Assembly: GCA_973895155.1 (NCBI GenBank)
Contig: OZ316892.1
Location: forward strand, 15,977,040 to 16,041,039
Reading direction: 5' to 3'
Source of the DNA: Marsupella aquatica
Lineage: Eukaryota > Plantae > Marchantiophyta
DNA length: 64,000 nucleotides
Of this stretch, positions 1 to 14,000 are shown piece by piece. Every line of letters begins with the position of its first letter. The stretch's first letter is position 1. Both the position numbers and the translations under genes were made by a program. Below the pieces are notes generated by a model. It made no database searches and was not told the origin of the DNA. It worked only from the letters and a program-made list of their open reading frames with translations.

Positions 1-1820
1 AGAAGTCATAGCACAAGCAGCAGCCTCTACTTTCTCCACCAAACCCCCTAGAAAGCAAAACATGAAGGCTTGGTTTGACGAGGATTGTGCTAGAGCAAGG
101 ATGCAAGCAAGATCACATTCAGGGGAAAAGAGACTTTTGGCATTCACTATGTACAAGAACTTCATCAAACACAAGAAGAGGTGTTTCTTGAAGAGTCATC
201 AACAATCACTATGTGAGGAGTTCATCAAATATCCAAAACGTTTTTGGGAGAGAATGCAATCAGGCAAGACTACTCCCCCCTTGGATCACCAGGACCTGGT
301 AACTATGTCACATCCTTGTATTTCTTTCCAGATGCTAGTGGCATGCCTTTGCCCTTGGGGACACCATTCAGTTTACAGAGAGGGAGGTGAAGGTGCATCT
401 TTCCCACATGCAACATGGGAAAGCTAAAGATCTGTTGGGCCTGAACTTGGAGCTTCTTTTGTGGGGAGGACCCTCTTTACTAACAAACTTGGTGCATGAG
501 CTGAATCAAGCAATGGCTTTAGGTTTACCTAAAGCTTGGATGACCAGAAGAGTGGTGCCTATCTTCAAGGCAGGCAACAAGGACGATGTGCACAACTACA
601 GAACCATCATGGTAGGCAATACTTTTGCTAAAGTTTTGGGAGGACTACTTGAAGCCAGATTAAGCTCTTGGTTGGAGAGTGAGATGAAAAGGGCACCTTC
701 ACAAGCAGGTTTTTAGGAGAGAATTCAGCACTATGGATCACATTCTCTGCTTGAGGGTGTTGTGTGAAAAGGCCAAATCTCCACATAAACCATTATTTTG
801 CTTGTTTGTGGACTTCTCCAAGGCCTTTGACAAAGTTTCCCGATCCAAGCTTTGGGATAGGATGGTGGAGTTGGAAGTGCCTGAAGAGCTCAGGTTGGCT
901 GTTTCTAAATTGTACCAAGAAGTGCGCATCAAACTTTCAAAGGAAACCTCTGAAGAAATCTGGAGCACTCTTGGGGTGATCCAAGGTTGTCCTCTCTCAC
1001 CAACTCTCTTTGGCATCTTCATTGATCAGCTACACAACATTTTGGAGGAGCATGGTGGAGTTGGCACTCAATTGGGTAGGTTTGTCCTCCAACTTCTTAT
1101 ATTTGCAGATGATGTGGTCCTACTTGCTCATGCTCAAGAAGCTTTGCAAAGACATCTCAATGCCTTGGAGGAGTTTTGTCAAGCAACAGGGATGGTAGTC
1201 AACCTCAAGAAGACCAAGTGTTTGGGCATTGGCACACGACAAAATCCAGAGCTCTACTTCCAAGGGAATCTGGTGGAATTTGTGAGGACCTACAAATACC
1301 TTGGGGTGGAGTTCTCTCAAAACTTGAGTTGGGCCTCATGTGTAAAATCTAGGGCTGCCAATGGGTACAGAGCTTTTATGCATTCATGAACAAATGCAAA
1401 AGAGCTGGTCTACACACTTGGAGGTTAAGGAAACATCTCTTTGGAGCTTTGGTGAAACCAGTCATTCTTTATGGAGCACCAATTTGGGGAGCAGGTGTGT
1501 CTAAATCTGGGTGGCAACAGATTGAGGGGCTGCAAAAGCTATTTCTTGAGATGGAGCTTGGGATCAAGTCACAAACCCCATATGCACTTACACTTGCAGA
1601 GGCAGGCTTGTTTCCTTTGGAGGTGGAGGCACTCTTCCACACACTCAAATACATCATGCGTGTAAGAGAGTTGGAGGGAAAACAGATTTCCTTTTCATGC
1701 CTTGCGCTCATCTTCAGCTAAAGGGTGGTATGCAGATGTGTGCAGGTGGGCCCATGCTTGGGATTTTCCTGAACATGAATGGCCAACACACCCAACCAAG
1801 CTAAGAGCAAAACTTGAGCA
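1..1820 (+). pseudogene. LINE family A ORF2 fragment (reverse transcriptase region), frameshifted
   Basis: ORFs 62-427, 387-716, 733-1389 and 1386-1721 together give RT motifs (FVDFSKAFD, GVIQGCPLSP, FADD, YKYLG). Nearly identical to the reverse complement of ~52373-54193. Confidence 0.95.
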
Positions 1821-3481
1821 TTAGATACCCTGGCATTAAAGTCCCCCACTATCCATGTCTCCCCTAGTGGTGATATATCATGAATGACTTGGATTAACCT
1901 ATGAAATGGATAATGTGCATCAGCAATTCCCATCTTATAGACATTCATATTAAGGGGAGCAAAGTAGGTGACAATCAGAAATGATGGAGTACCTCTGGTA
2001 TGAAGTCTCACCACCATGAACTGCTTGCTGGGATCTTCATATTCAATAGAGGTGATGTGTTGAAGTTGATTCTTGGTGTAGACAGCAATGCCTCCAAACC
2101 CTCTTCCCCTTGTGGTCTTCTTCTCATTGAAGATGGATTGTATGCAAGTAAGCCTTTAATGCTAGGTAGAGCATTTCCCTCATATTCCCAAGTCTCCGTG
2201 AAAAGCAAGATGTCAAAATTCTCAAACAAAGGTTCCCCTCCAATTGCTGTTTCTATGGAAAGTCCTGAAACATTCCATGCCATGACTCTCAAGGTCCCAA
2301 TCCATCATTTAGAAACAACTCTCTTCTTATTGGTAACAACAGCTTGTCCATTGCGCAAGTAGGCTACCAATCCTTGGTCTTTGGCTACCCTCACCTTCTC
2401 AAGCTCAATTTTCCTTGCTTGGACTTGTGTGGGAGTCAGATCATCATCCAACCAAATCCTTAGCCCTTTAAGCATGCTCCTGTTAGCCATCACTCTAGCT
2501 TTCTCGGATTCAGCTGCAAACTTCACCAAGATTGGACGTGGAAGGTCCCCCTTCTTTTGCCCAATCCTATATGCTTGCAAAATGATAGGGTCATGCACTT
2601 TCATCTGAGATTGGAAGAATGAAATTGCTACCTTCTTGGTGTCTTCCTTCTCCTCCTCAACAAGGCCTGATATTTTGCAGTTGCTGACTCTTGCATGCTG
2701 GTTCTTGTGTTCTTCTTCTAGTGCTCTCCTCTCCTCCTCCTTGGCTTGGACAAATTCCATATGTGATTGTTTTGCAGCCTGTGCAAAGGTTTTGAGCTTC
2801 TCCTCAATCTCCCCTACAGCCTCATGTATCACTGATTTCTCTGGGCACATACTCTTCTCCATGTCTCCAAAACACGATGCAAGCAATGAGAGTTGCTTAC
2901 CATTCTCCTGAGTTTGAGATCGAAGATCACTAATCAACCTCTTTTGCTTGACATTCTCATTCTTTAGCTCCGTCACCTCCTTGCTGAGCGTGGTAATCTC
3001 AATTGTGGAGTTTTCAGCCACAACTAAGATTTTCTCAAGCAAAGCCTTGAGATGGGCAATCTCCTCCGTTGCCATCACAAAGCTGAAACTGTTGTTAGAA
3101 TGTACTCTTAGACGACAAATAGAAATTGGGAGCAGTAGAGGATGTCAGTTGCAGCTCTACCTTTGCCAGTGATACACTCTCGCTGTTTGCAACACTCTGC
3201 CAAAATCTGAGCTCAAACCGCAGCCGATTGCCCTTCCAACTCGAAGTGAAATTTCGCCCCAAGCTCAGAATCCCGAAATTGGACACGTAGCAGATCGTGC
3301 ATGCTAAAGTGCATACCAAACGATGTCGGTTGCAGCTCTAACTTTGCCAGTGATACATTCTCGCTGTTTCCAATGCTCTGGCAAAGTCTGAGCTTAAACC
3401 GTAGCCAATTTCCCTTCCAACTCGAAGTGAAATTTTGCCCCAAGCTCAGAATTGCGAAACTGGAGACGTAACAGATCGTGC
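1821..3481 (-). mobile_element. LINE family A 5' part (5' UTR monomers, ORF1, start of APE endonuclease), inverted relative to 1-1820
   Basis: Near-identical direct repeat of ~54656-56315. APE N-terminal motifs MRVMAWNVSGL, FTETW and IVGDFNAR. Confidence 0.95.
2305..3078 (-). CDS. LINE ORF1 protein (coiled coil plus RRM-like nucleic-acid-binding domain)
   Basis: Intact 257-aa ORF directly upstream of the APE. Heptad-rich N-terminus followed by ISGL.E, AYRIG, PRPILVKF and IWLDDDLT, typical of LINE ORF1. Confidence 0.85.
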   Translation of the reverse strand: MMATEEIAHLKALLEKILVVAENSTIEITTLSKEVTELKNENVKQKRLISDLRSQTQENGKQLSLLASCFGDMEKSMCPEKSVIHEAVGEIEEKLKTFAQAAKQSHMEFVQAKEEERRALEEEHKNQHARVSNCKISGLVEEEKEDTKKVAISFFQSQMKVHDPIILQAYRIGQKKGDLPRPILVKFAAESEKARVMANRSMLKGLRIWLDDDLTPTQVQARKIELEKVRVAKDQGLVAYLRNGQAVVTNKKRVVSK

Positions 3482-3577
3482 TGTGTGTTCTATTCTCCCT
3501 AGGACAGAGCACCAACGTAGCAGCCCAAGATAGATCTAGCAAGACTACATGACTGGACTATACTGGTGATATGTAGC

Positions 3578-5987
3578 TCAGCAGACGGGGAGACTTGAGA
3601 TGCAAGCTTGTGCAATGCTGATGACACCGTTTGATGAGGGGAACCCAACTTTCTTCACTCTATTTTGACACTCATCTCTCTCGGAACTACCGCCAAATGA
3701 CGCGTTGCACTGTGGACCGGCCCCAAATTTTGATGTCCGATGCAGATGCCATGAACCTTGCATGACTTCTGTTTCAAGAACTGGAGATTGGAGCGATGTC
3801 TGTTGAAGTACAGTGGGAGCGCTTTGTGGGTATTGTGTTGAACGTGATTGATGTCGACCCTGCAGTGTCCTGAAATCATTATGTTCTGCATCCCTCGAAT
3901 CATCATTTCCTGAGAGATTGACAATGGAAATGTCATCAGGTTTCTTCCGATACGGAAGCAAACATTGTGTGGTGCAGATTTTTACGCTTGAGTGATCTGG
4001 TATTTGGCGATGTGATAAGGACTGTGGGAGTCTTGTGGCGAGACAATCCCAGTTGCAGGTCCTTTCCTCTTGACAGACTATTACAACATCTCTGTTGAGA
4101 GGAACGCTTCTCTCCAAGTCAAACTCAGCTGCATTGGAGAGGAGCATGTTCATCGCATCCTCGAACAACTTTGGGGAACCTGCCTGGTCAGCTGAACGGA
4201 AAGCCAATTCCCATATTGTAGGACCTCTTCCTCTACTCAATCCTTTCCGATATGCGGTATATGCTGCAACCTGAGATATAGCTCAATTCTGATCCATTTC
4301 ACATGCCTCGAAGAGCCCAACTTTTTTTTATTACCCATGCTTTCATTCCTGCGTGAACAAACTCTGATCCAGTACAGTTAGGAATCCTAGCGCCTTCTTC
4401 AGCACTTTTGTTCTGGAACAACAAAGCATAAACACTAGTAAGAATCCGCAAAACATACTAGCGCTAGGCGCTAGGCAGAACATTTTGACAAAACCATCAA
4501 TATTATTGTGTAATCACATGTTTATGAAAATAAACAGGTCAATATTTGAGAATCAATGACATTATTTGGATTCTTTGGATGGAATGTTGAGGAATGTCAT
4601 CTGAAAAATGTACTTCTACAAAGGAATCTCACTTGCATATTACTAGCGCCAGGCGCTAGTACTCACCAAGCGAATAAAATTTCCCCACTGCCTCCAACGC
4701 ACCACCCACCATGATATCCAACTCTGAAACATTTGGAGCTTTCTAGGTAAGCAGTTACCCGACTGCCACCATAGGTCCGTCCTCTCCCGTTCAAGGTTTG
4801 GGTGCCCTAAAAAAACATTTTGGAATGCTAACCATCCGGCTTGGGCATGAATGGTCATTCATTTCATGACATCCGGCTTGGGCAAAAGATCCACCCCAGA
4901 CCCATGGCCTTTGGAAGTCATCTTAAATATGTGAGGTCTGTCTTCTTGAGATCCTTGACCTGGAAGGATGTACCTCTGTAGAAAAGGCATGTTGATATTC
5001 TTTTGATATTCTTTTGATATCGAACAAGAAAACCCAACTCTCCACGGCCTTTCTGGTCCTGCCTAACACTCCAGAATAGAGATGCAAACTTCTGTGGAGT
5101 AGAAACTATCATTAGAGACTGGAAAATCTGTCTCTCCGATATCTTCAATCTCACCCAGGCTCTCACACAAAGACTGTACAAAAGATCCTGTCGCTAGATT
5201 TTTAATCCCGTCAGGCGTCCAAGTCGGATTGCCTTCCAATTTATTTTTTATGACATCTTCAACTACCTTTTCCGCACTCCGAGAAAATACCTTACGACAA
5301 GGATGGTTGTGGGTACCCATATGAATCACAAGGCGAGACATGTGACTATAGGTATCTGAGTCAAGGAGAACTTGAGGATACATATAAATAGTCTTGCAGA
5401 GTATGCCTCTACAATAAAAGGGAGCTGCTGGCAATAATGACAAACAACTCCACCTTGCTCAATGAACGATCCAACACGGTGAGAGCCTCCAAGTTTTGGG
5501 GTACCAGCCCATGCCTTTGCATTCCTCCTCTTCTTTCGGCGAAAGTAGTCACAAGTTTTATTCTTGCACTTAATAAATCCAGTACAAGTAACTTTACCGA
5601 ATTCCCAGTATTTCCCGACAATGGAGGCAACTAAAACACTACGTTTCCATTGTACTTTGGAGGCAAACAAGGTACTTGTTCATGCCGGAAGTTTCCAGCC
5701 GAAATGAACCTTGACAGTTCGCTGGACCCACTTGACTTGAGCAGCGCGTCCATTGCACTTCTTCGATATACAATATGGGATTGCGATGATGGCATCTCCT
5801 CTTTGACCAAGACCATGTCAGGCACCAAAGGCTCCACAAGGGGGATCCTTGGTGGCTCCTCATCGTCACTATCGGAAAGAGTAACTACATCCACCAGATC
5901 CCTCTGAGGGGATTGCCGATCTCCTTGATTTGGTTCCCGAATGACAATGGAGTAGCGCAACCCAGCATTAAGGTGCCAGAATCTCAC
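3578..5987 (-). pseudogene. Putative MULE-type transposase with GCM/WRKY-like zinc-binding domain; catalytic core apparently deleted
   Basis: Broken ORFs give CTGFIKCKNKTC, CHYCQQ and RLVIHMGTHNHP, then KMTSKGHGSGVDLL, WISWWVVRWRQWG and RGRGPTIWELAFR. One GT-AG intron at ~4413-4666. Frameshifts and stops present. Confidence 0.55.
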
Positions 5988-7181
5988 GCCATCATCGACA
6001 TCAAAAAGTGCAACAGATTCAAAGCCATTGGCTTTCGTTCCCTCCTAAACGATTGCCTCTATGTCATTCATGCACAAATCAAACCTTCGACAAAGATAAA
6101 CCTCACTTATTTGCTTGTACCTTTCGGCCACAGACACTGGAATGGAAACAATGTCACCGGTGGACATACGGGTAACTACGATTGACTAAGACATCACAGA
6201 AGCCTTGGAAGCAAATGAGCGCAGGAATATTATGAATCAAAATTCCACCAGCAAGGACTGTTCCCTAACAGTTCCCTAAAGCCGTTATAATAAGACAATC
6301 CTCTGACACCATAAATGTATTTTGTCGTTATATCAATATCATTTATGATCAACGTCATTTATAATAAACGTCATTTAGGAAGAACCTTTTTGTTCTAGAA
6401 ACATCAGATGATGAATAGCGTCAGGCACTATTAAAAACAATCCAAAAGTAGAGGCCCATGCAGAGTCAATTTATGTGTAGCGCCCGACGCTATTAATAAC
6501 AATCCAAAAGTTTAGGGTCCGTCTAACGTCAATTTGTGTATAGTGCCAGGCGCTAATAAAAGCAAATGACATAAAACAAATTCCTAAAGGAGACACTGGA
6601 TGATTAGCGCCAGGCGCTAATATTAATTTTATTCATATTATGAACGTATACAATGGTAAAATTTGAAGTAGGAGCCTGAAGGCTGAAAAAGCTTTGTTTT
6701 TTGCTAGCGTCGAGCACTAGTTTTCTTTTGTATCAGAAATATGAGAAAACCGGGTTTTGGGGAAAGTAATGGCGTATTAACGCCTCTTATGGCTCTATAT
6801 TGAATTTCCAACTGGCGTAAAAATTGAAGACTTTAGGCCTTGGAAATTACTAGCGCCCGACGCTACTATTTGGTGAGTAAAAATGAATTTGATATATTCT
6901 CAGGTTTTCCTTTCAATGGTCATATTCAACGGTAACTATAGGTTGCGTGACCCTCAATACATTGATCCTCTTTGGTGTTGTCGAATAAGATAATGACATG
7001 TGTCACAGATCCAGGCCAGGGGTTCAGTTTCCTTAGCGTATATGTCATGCTCTGTGCTCCGGATTCTTCTTATTTCCCATGTTAAGTACAGTACGATTGA
7101 ATCTGTGTGACGGGTTTTTGCCGTTTGTGGTATGGAAAGAGCGCGATGGTTGTCAGTACTTCCTTTGCCCTTGTGCGAACA

Positions 7182-10100
7182 ATGGACCCTGCCTTCTCTT
7201 CCTCTCAATGCTTTAGTGGAAACGGACACAGAGAGGTCGTTCCCTCGCAAACATCTGAGTGCTCATTTTTAGGATCTGTGTATAGTCATCGAGTGACTCG
7301 ATCCACTGCTTCGCGAGCTCCTAAAGCACAACCCGTTGTATCATTCCCAAAGAGCAAGAGAGGGAAGATGGATGATTCTGATTCGTTTGCTGTGGAGGAC
7401 TTCAGAGAGACATCGCTTACTATTTATGATGTGATCTCCAAACACATTATGTCGTTTGGAAAAGATTTTTGAGGACATGACAAGGATCCGCCAAGGATTC
7501 CAATGTGCCGACTACTTCATATGGAAGTAGTGCGGACATTACAGAAGGGAAGTCCTTCGATAGAGAAGCTGAAAGACTCCTTTCAGAGCACAGGATACAA
7601 TTCTAAGATTGGCATGTTGTTTTACGTTCAACCAACAGATTCCAATGGAGAAGTCCAAATCTGCACACTAGAGATTCGTGCTTCCTGGGATGCAATTTGG
7701 GTTGCAGAGAATGAAAAGTTTGAGGCAGAATGTGCTGTAGACCCTGACTTTGCAGTTTTGCAGGATAAGATGTTTTCTGTGTTTGATGGAAACCATCAAC
7801 TCTATGCATGGTCCATCGTCACGAAGGAGAATCCGGATGATGTTAAATACCATCCTCGCGTCCAATGCACAATATTCAAGGGAGAAAAGGGGTCCTTGAT
7901 CGAGATTGAGATGGTGATGCACACTGTTAACCAGTAAGTGTGTCTTCCAACATATTTCTATTCTAATCTATGATCACAGTGTTTCACTAGCGCCAGGCGC
8001 TACTGACTCCCTCTCTTGTTTTCAGGCTTGGGCAGGCAGTGGTCGAACCGTCTTGGATACTTGACGCAGACTGTATCAACCAAATTCTCTCAAATGAACT
8101 CGATTACTACAAGTCTATCATTGATGATGCAAACTTCAAGAAGTTTGGACAAATCATGCAGAAAACACGGAAGGGATCGTGGTATACGAAAAAAATGCCT
8201 CAAGAAGCACTTATGTACATCTTGTGTGAGAATAAGATCAAGTCTTATTCTTGACAGTTTAAGATGGATCTGGAACATGCTGCCTCTCAGGGTACACCTT
8301 GGTCTCCCGGAGAGATTTCAAAAAGACATGCAACGATGATGAAGGAGGCAACAAAGGATTGGGCTATAAAGGTGTCAAAAATCACTCCTCTATTAAGCCT
8401 CGCTTTTGAGGATTTCATGCGAACATGTGCCAAGATGTACCTCCTCATAGAGAAGAATAAGAGAGAGAAGAAGCCGGATGCAGTTGTCTGTACAATGGAT
8501 CGAGCAAGATTGTTTACCGCTGTCTCTACCCTCAACCCCAAGCTGAGGAGTACCCTTCTGGTTGCCCATTGTACACCGGAGCTGAGGAAACAATTCTTCC
8601 ATCCATAGAGCGTTAATGACAATCCAGTGAAGCAATGGTGCCATACCTGGCAAACTTGGAACATTGTGGAGGGAATCGCTATTGGTTTGCTGCAAACCTC
8701 CCTACGCCAGGTCAGTGATATAGTTCCCGCCAATTGGTTGCAGGAGTGGGAGTGTAAGTCAATTGAATCGCTTATTGAAATAGTCTCAAATGATTTCAAG
8801 AAATTCGGGGACGCTGTGGAAGGCAAGTTTTTTAATACAATGTGGCCGTCCAAGTATCTCGACAAGGCTGACTACACCCTCAAGAATCAGAAGAGGGCCA
8901 AACGATACCTGTACCATTTCTTCATGCATATGGAGATTGTGAAGCCAGATTACTTTTGGGCATACCCTGCTACTTTCCAAAAGTGGATCGTTGTTCCCGA
9001 AGGAGACATATTGGCCGACGTGTATTCAATGTATCCTGCTGAAGGGTGTCTTCCACCAAGGAAACTATCAGAATGGGAGAGAATTCATTGTCCTTGGTAT
9101 TTGGACACCGATAGATGGGACTCTCCATTCGGAGACACTGAGAAAGACGCATTTCATAAGCTTTTGAAGTCTCAGGTCCCTCCCAAGTTTGTGTCAGACA
9201 TGAAGCAAGTAATCGAAGGTGATGTGAGCAAGTCGGCAGCAGAATTGCAAACGGTGTGCAAAACTACGGTTGTTCATGTTGATCAAAGTTGCAAACCCAG
9301 AGCCAAAGTAAAAACCAAAGCGGCGGCACCGAGTACCTCAACGCAGTCCGCCAAAAAACGTAAGTTGTCATTCAGCTTGTAGCTTCACATTTTGGTTAGC
9401 GCCAGGTGTTGCTATATGACTATGTCTCTTGGTTTGTTTTTTCAATTGGTTTGGACAGCGTTTGGCGCTATTATTCAGCATTGAATAAATTTTGCTCTTT
9501 TTCCTTTATGTGGGAGAAAGTCTGACGCTGCAACCAACGAAACAAAAGTAGATGCCACTCCAGAGCCTTCCGAAGCCAATACCGGTGCCCAGTCAGACCC
9601 AGTAACTGCAATTGACAAAGTGAAAGAGATCGTCCCTCTTGATGCAACCAGTACAAAGAAGAAGAAGAAAAGGGCAATTCAAGCTGGAGAATCGTCCCGA
9701 GATGATGCCGTTGGAACTGGTGTTCAGAGAGATGTGGGAACCTTCAAGAGTAAATCTTCTAGGCATTGCATGGTGGAAACAAGTATCCAAGAATTTATTG
9801 ATACTGCTTTCAACAAAGCAACGAAACCAGATTGGGTGACTGATGCAAAGAATTGGGGAAAGGACTTAATCAAGTCGGATTCCTGAGAAAAGGGAGTAAT
9901 CAGAGGAGGAAAAGAAAGATCGTTTGGTGTCAATGCAGGATTCATCTATCTTCCTACTGGACTTAAACCTATGCTCATGGACCGTCGGGTTCCAAAGTGG
10001 AATGTACCAGACCACACAGTTCCCAATTAGTCAAAGTCAAAGTCAAATTCTAAGCTCCACGACGACCCAATGAGTCAAGGGAGCTGTGGCAAAAAAGCCA

Positions 10101-11068
10101 AATACAAAGCAAAGAAATGAGTCAAATGCTCATGTGAGGATCTCTACATCCTCACTAATAACAAACTAAGGACCTTAAGAGTCACTAATGTGTAATGCTA
10201 TCACATCGTTTTCTATCCACTGCCATGATATACAATCCAAGTTGCTTTGGTGGCAACCTAAATAGATCATGCAGATCAGAAACAAGGATTTGATGTGCTA
10301 TTTGAACCTCCTCATACCGTCTACATGCTATGAATACATGATATTCATTCTCAATGCTGCCACTATCACAAAGTCTACACACCCTATCCTGCCTCCTAAT
10401 TCCCTTCCATCTACCTTCCTCTACCTCCAAGTGATGTGAGCTGAGTCTATATCTAGCAATCACTTGTCTCAACCTCATAGAAATGGGAGCTCTAAGATAC
10501 TCTTGTTCTTCATACAACATCATGGGGTTTACATCCCTCATAAAATACTGTAATCTAGGGCTAGGATCACTCCAAAGTTTTCTAATAGCTTTATCACGCG
10601 ACCCTTTCTTCAAAGCGACCCTTTCCTTTCTGATGATGGCATGCTTGCGATCTTGTATTCGGATGACCATGATCAGGTCTTGCAGGTCATTTCAGCATGC
10701 CAGCAGTCAAAAAAGTTCCATTGTGTCAATTCTCACAATGTCGTCATGTCTATGCCCATGTATAGAGCAAAGAACGATATTCAGGTACAGATCATTCCAT
10801 CTCTTGTTTATTGTTAGCATTCGGCGCTAATTTAGTCTTTGCTGTAGTTCTCAAAACATTACCCGTCGGTTGATAATTTTAGCCAACGTGTGCGATGCGT
10901 GCAGGTATTTACCCTCAGGCTAGACATATTTTGTCGGACTTCTTCAAAGGAAAAGGTACCAAAGGATCCAAGGTTTAAGCCTCTATCAATAAGTGAAGAT
11001 CCTTCGATCTCTAACTTGATTGGGCTCCCAACCTTGAAGACAGATCATTGCCTGGAGTTGGATTTTGT
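7182..11068 (+). pseudogene. ParB/Srx-like domain plus amino-methyltransferase-like gene, copy 1 (5' part, truncated by an LTR element)
   Basis: One reading frame through in-frame stops. Intron 7934-8025 (GT-AG) restores frame; further introns begin at ~9360 and ~10785. Contains FSVFDGNHQLYAW and later FGVNAGFIYLPTG. Confidence 0.65.
10029..10599 (-). mobile_element. LINE family B 3' fragment with (TTTGAC)n tail
   Basis: ORF 10185-10670 encodes YRLSSHHLEVEEGRW...CRLC...ENEYHVFIAC, homologous to the family A ORF2 C-terminus. Absent from the duplicate gene copy at ~16655. Confidence 0.9.
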
Positions 11069-14000
11069 TGGGGAGTTGATTTCATGTCGAGGGAGATTCA
11101 GAGAGTGGCCAGACTATTTACCACTTGCCTTGATGGTGGACAGACTAACGTGTAGTTCAGTCACAGGATATGCGCCAGCTGAGTTGATGATGGGACATTT
11201 GCCCTTGATGCCGATTGAGGAGGACGTGAAGAGCTAGAGAACGATTGGATGGAGAGACCATGTCAGTCGTAAGGAGTTGCTTGCTACCAGGATTGACCAT
11301 TTGAATCAGACACCTGAGAAGGTTCGAGAGGCGTTAGAGAGAATGAGGGTGGCGCGCATGAAGAACAAGGACTACTTTGACCGGAAGCATCGAATTTGAC
11401 CACGAGCGATTGAGGAGGGCAATTGGGTGCTTATTTATGAGAGCAACCTTGAAAATCAGCATTCTATGGAGAAGAAGTTTGCGCAGAGGTGGCAAGGACC
11501 GTTTGTAGTGATGAGGATTCATCCCAATGCCAATTACTCCATTTGAGAACTCGACAGAACGGAACATCATGGCAGTTACGCCGGCAAGAGAGTGAAGATT
11601 TTCAAGCGAAGGCAGCAAGAATTGGAGGACACCTTGGAGGATTTTGATGGTGAACATGGTGAAGATGCAGTTCAAGAGAGTGACATTCGTGGCGAAGAGA
11701 AATGATTTTTGAGTCTTGCTTGTCTTGTTTATTTTGATTGTAGGAATCTGGAATTGAGATTGAGGGAAGTAGAGAGAGATAAAATTAGAACTTTATTCAT
11801 ATGATAGTTTAGTTGAGAGTTAAGGAACTTATTTGGATTTAAAATTCTGGTTTAGAGTTTTCCTATGATATGAGTTTTGGTGGAAGAATGTTTTCACCTT
11901 TAGAATTGATGAGAGAATGTAGACTTAGGCTTATGTTATCATATTAGGGTTTATTTTTGCTCATTTTTTTTAGATTCATTTAGAGTACCATTATTGGTAA
12001 TGGGAGATTATGTCAGGTTGTTCATTGCTTGGCTTGAGGTTTACTCGACTCGGTTCAACTCAGGTCAGGTCAGGTCACTCAGGCTCATGGATCATGTAAT
12101 TTGAGATGGGACTCCGGAGATGATGGTGGTGTAGGCCGGAGGCTACACAGGTTTGGTGGGGGTGAATGTCATCGGGAAAAATGTTTGACAATTGAAGTGG
12201 AGTGTGCTGGATCTAGTCGACTTGCTTTTTTCCGGCTCGGAATGTAATAGTTCTCTGTTTGTGAAAGAAAGAAACAAAGAGGAAACTGAACTTGAGATGA
12301 AGGTTAGTGAGACAAAAGAGGAATAAAAGGATGAAAGTTGAAGCTTAGGCTTAAGGAATTTGAGGCATTTAATGTAGAAGTGACATATGGCGGCCTGGGA
12401 GTATTCGAATTCATAAGGACATGTTGGAGATGGCAGTTAGAGGCGCAAAGTACGTTAGAGGGATTCACGGGAAGACAAATGAGACGAGGATGGGAGAAGG
12501 AATTGAGAGCTTGAGGATCGTGAATGCTGTTGGGAAGTATGTTTTTCAGGTGATAGAGGAGAGAGTCGGTAGCTGTGATGTTGTGTGAGCGATGTGTGAG
12601 TGGCGAAAGTTTTATTTTGGGGAGTAAGGAATCGTTTCGGATATGGCAAGGATCGATGGGAGATAGTATCGAATGGAAGCAAGGAGGTAAAACTTGGAAT
12701 GCTAAAGACGAAGGAAGATAATAAGGAAATCAGGCACAAAAATGAAGTTCGGGTGAGTGAAGAGAGTGAAGCTGGGGGTGGTGATTGCTGTGAGATAAGG
12801 ACTTTTGGAAGATTGAGGTGAGGGAGAGGTGATGCTGAGGTCCGAGAAAAAGGGATAGCAGGGAGATCATGGTCGTTGTGAAGATTTTTCTTTCGAGTGA
12901 AAGAAGGAAAAGCTAAGATTGAAAAAGAATTTTGAATGCGAGATCTTTAAAGCTGAGTTCGGGGAGCAAAAATTGTAAGAAATAGTAGACTGAAAGGTTC
13001 CGATGGAGAATTGAGCAGAGGCTGAATTCAGGAGAATCAGTGGAGTGGGGAGAAGAAACAAAGAAAGTTGACGACGAGAGAAGCAAAGCTATGGGGAGTT
13101 CGTAAGGGAAAAAGGAAGATAGTTGATTGGAAGAAAACGTTTCTTGTTGAATGCTGTTGATCTTGTTTTTTGGATGAATGTTACAATGATGAGTTTTTAG
13201 GGAATTCTTGAGTAGAGGCTGCGGCACACGATAGTTTTAGAAGATTTTGGAGAAAGAATGAAAAAGGGGCCTTGTTGCTGATCGTTGATGCTGATGGAAA
13301 AGTTTACATGCTAAGATTCAGGTGAGGAGAGACAGGAACGAGCCGGGCGCTAATGGGTGAAAAGGAGGGATCAGCCGAAGTGGAGTGTTGTTGTAGTGTG
13401 GAGGTCTTGAGAAATTTTTGGGTGAAGGCGGAGGCTTACAATTGAAATTGGAAAGAAGAGAGTGAGAGCTAAGAAACAAAAAAAGCAAAGATCGTGGCAT
13501 AATTCAAAGGCAATGGCGCGTTGGCGGGTTAAAGCAAAAATCAGAGAACTGGATAGGAATTCAGGGATGAAATTTTTGGAAATTCAGGAGTGAAGGCTGT
13601 TGCACGCGAAAGAGGTTCGGAGAAGATGAGAATGAAGTAATCGAATGTTGTTAGTTCTTTTTGTTAAGAGATTATTTGTGGGATTTTTGAGAACGAAGGA
13701 GTAAGGAGTCAACAGACCAAACGCCCAGGTCTTCAAGGAACTTTGAGAAGTGCTTAAACAGACAAGGAAATGTTATTTTAGTGTTTAGGACAGAAGTTGA
13801 GATCGAGGGAGAAAAGTAATTGAACAATTTGAGAACGTGAGGAGACTGACTTGCCAAACGCTAAAGGAATGAACTTTGTTGCGATCAAGAAAAGAAAATC
13901 TGGAGAAGTCTTATGAGCTGACAATCAATTTACCCTAAGGAACACGGATTTGAGTGAAGCAAAAGAGAAGGGACTCTGTCAAAAATAAAATAAAATTGAT

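Noticed and set aside
10890-11237. ORF fusing the cargo gene to integrase sequence
   Set aside because: A chance in-frame junction between two broken elements; no evidence of a functional chimera.
12455-13857. Several Ser/Phe/Leu-rich minus-strand ORFs
   Set aside because: They arise from purine strand bias of the LTR and show no domain signal.
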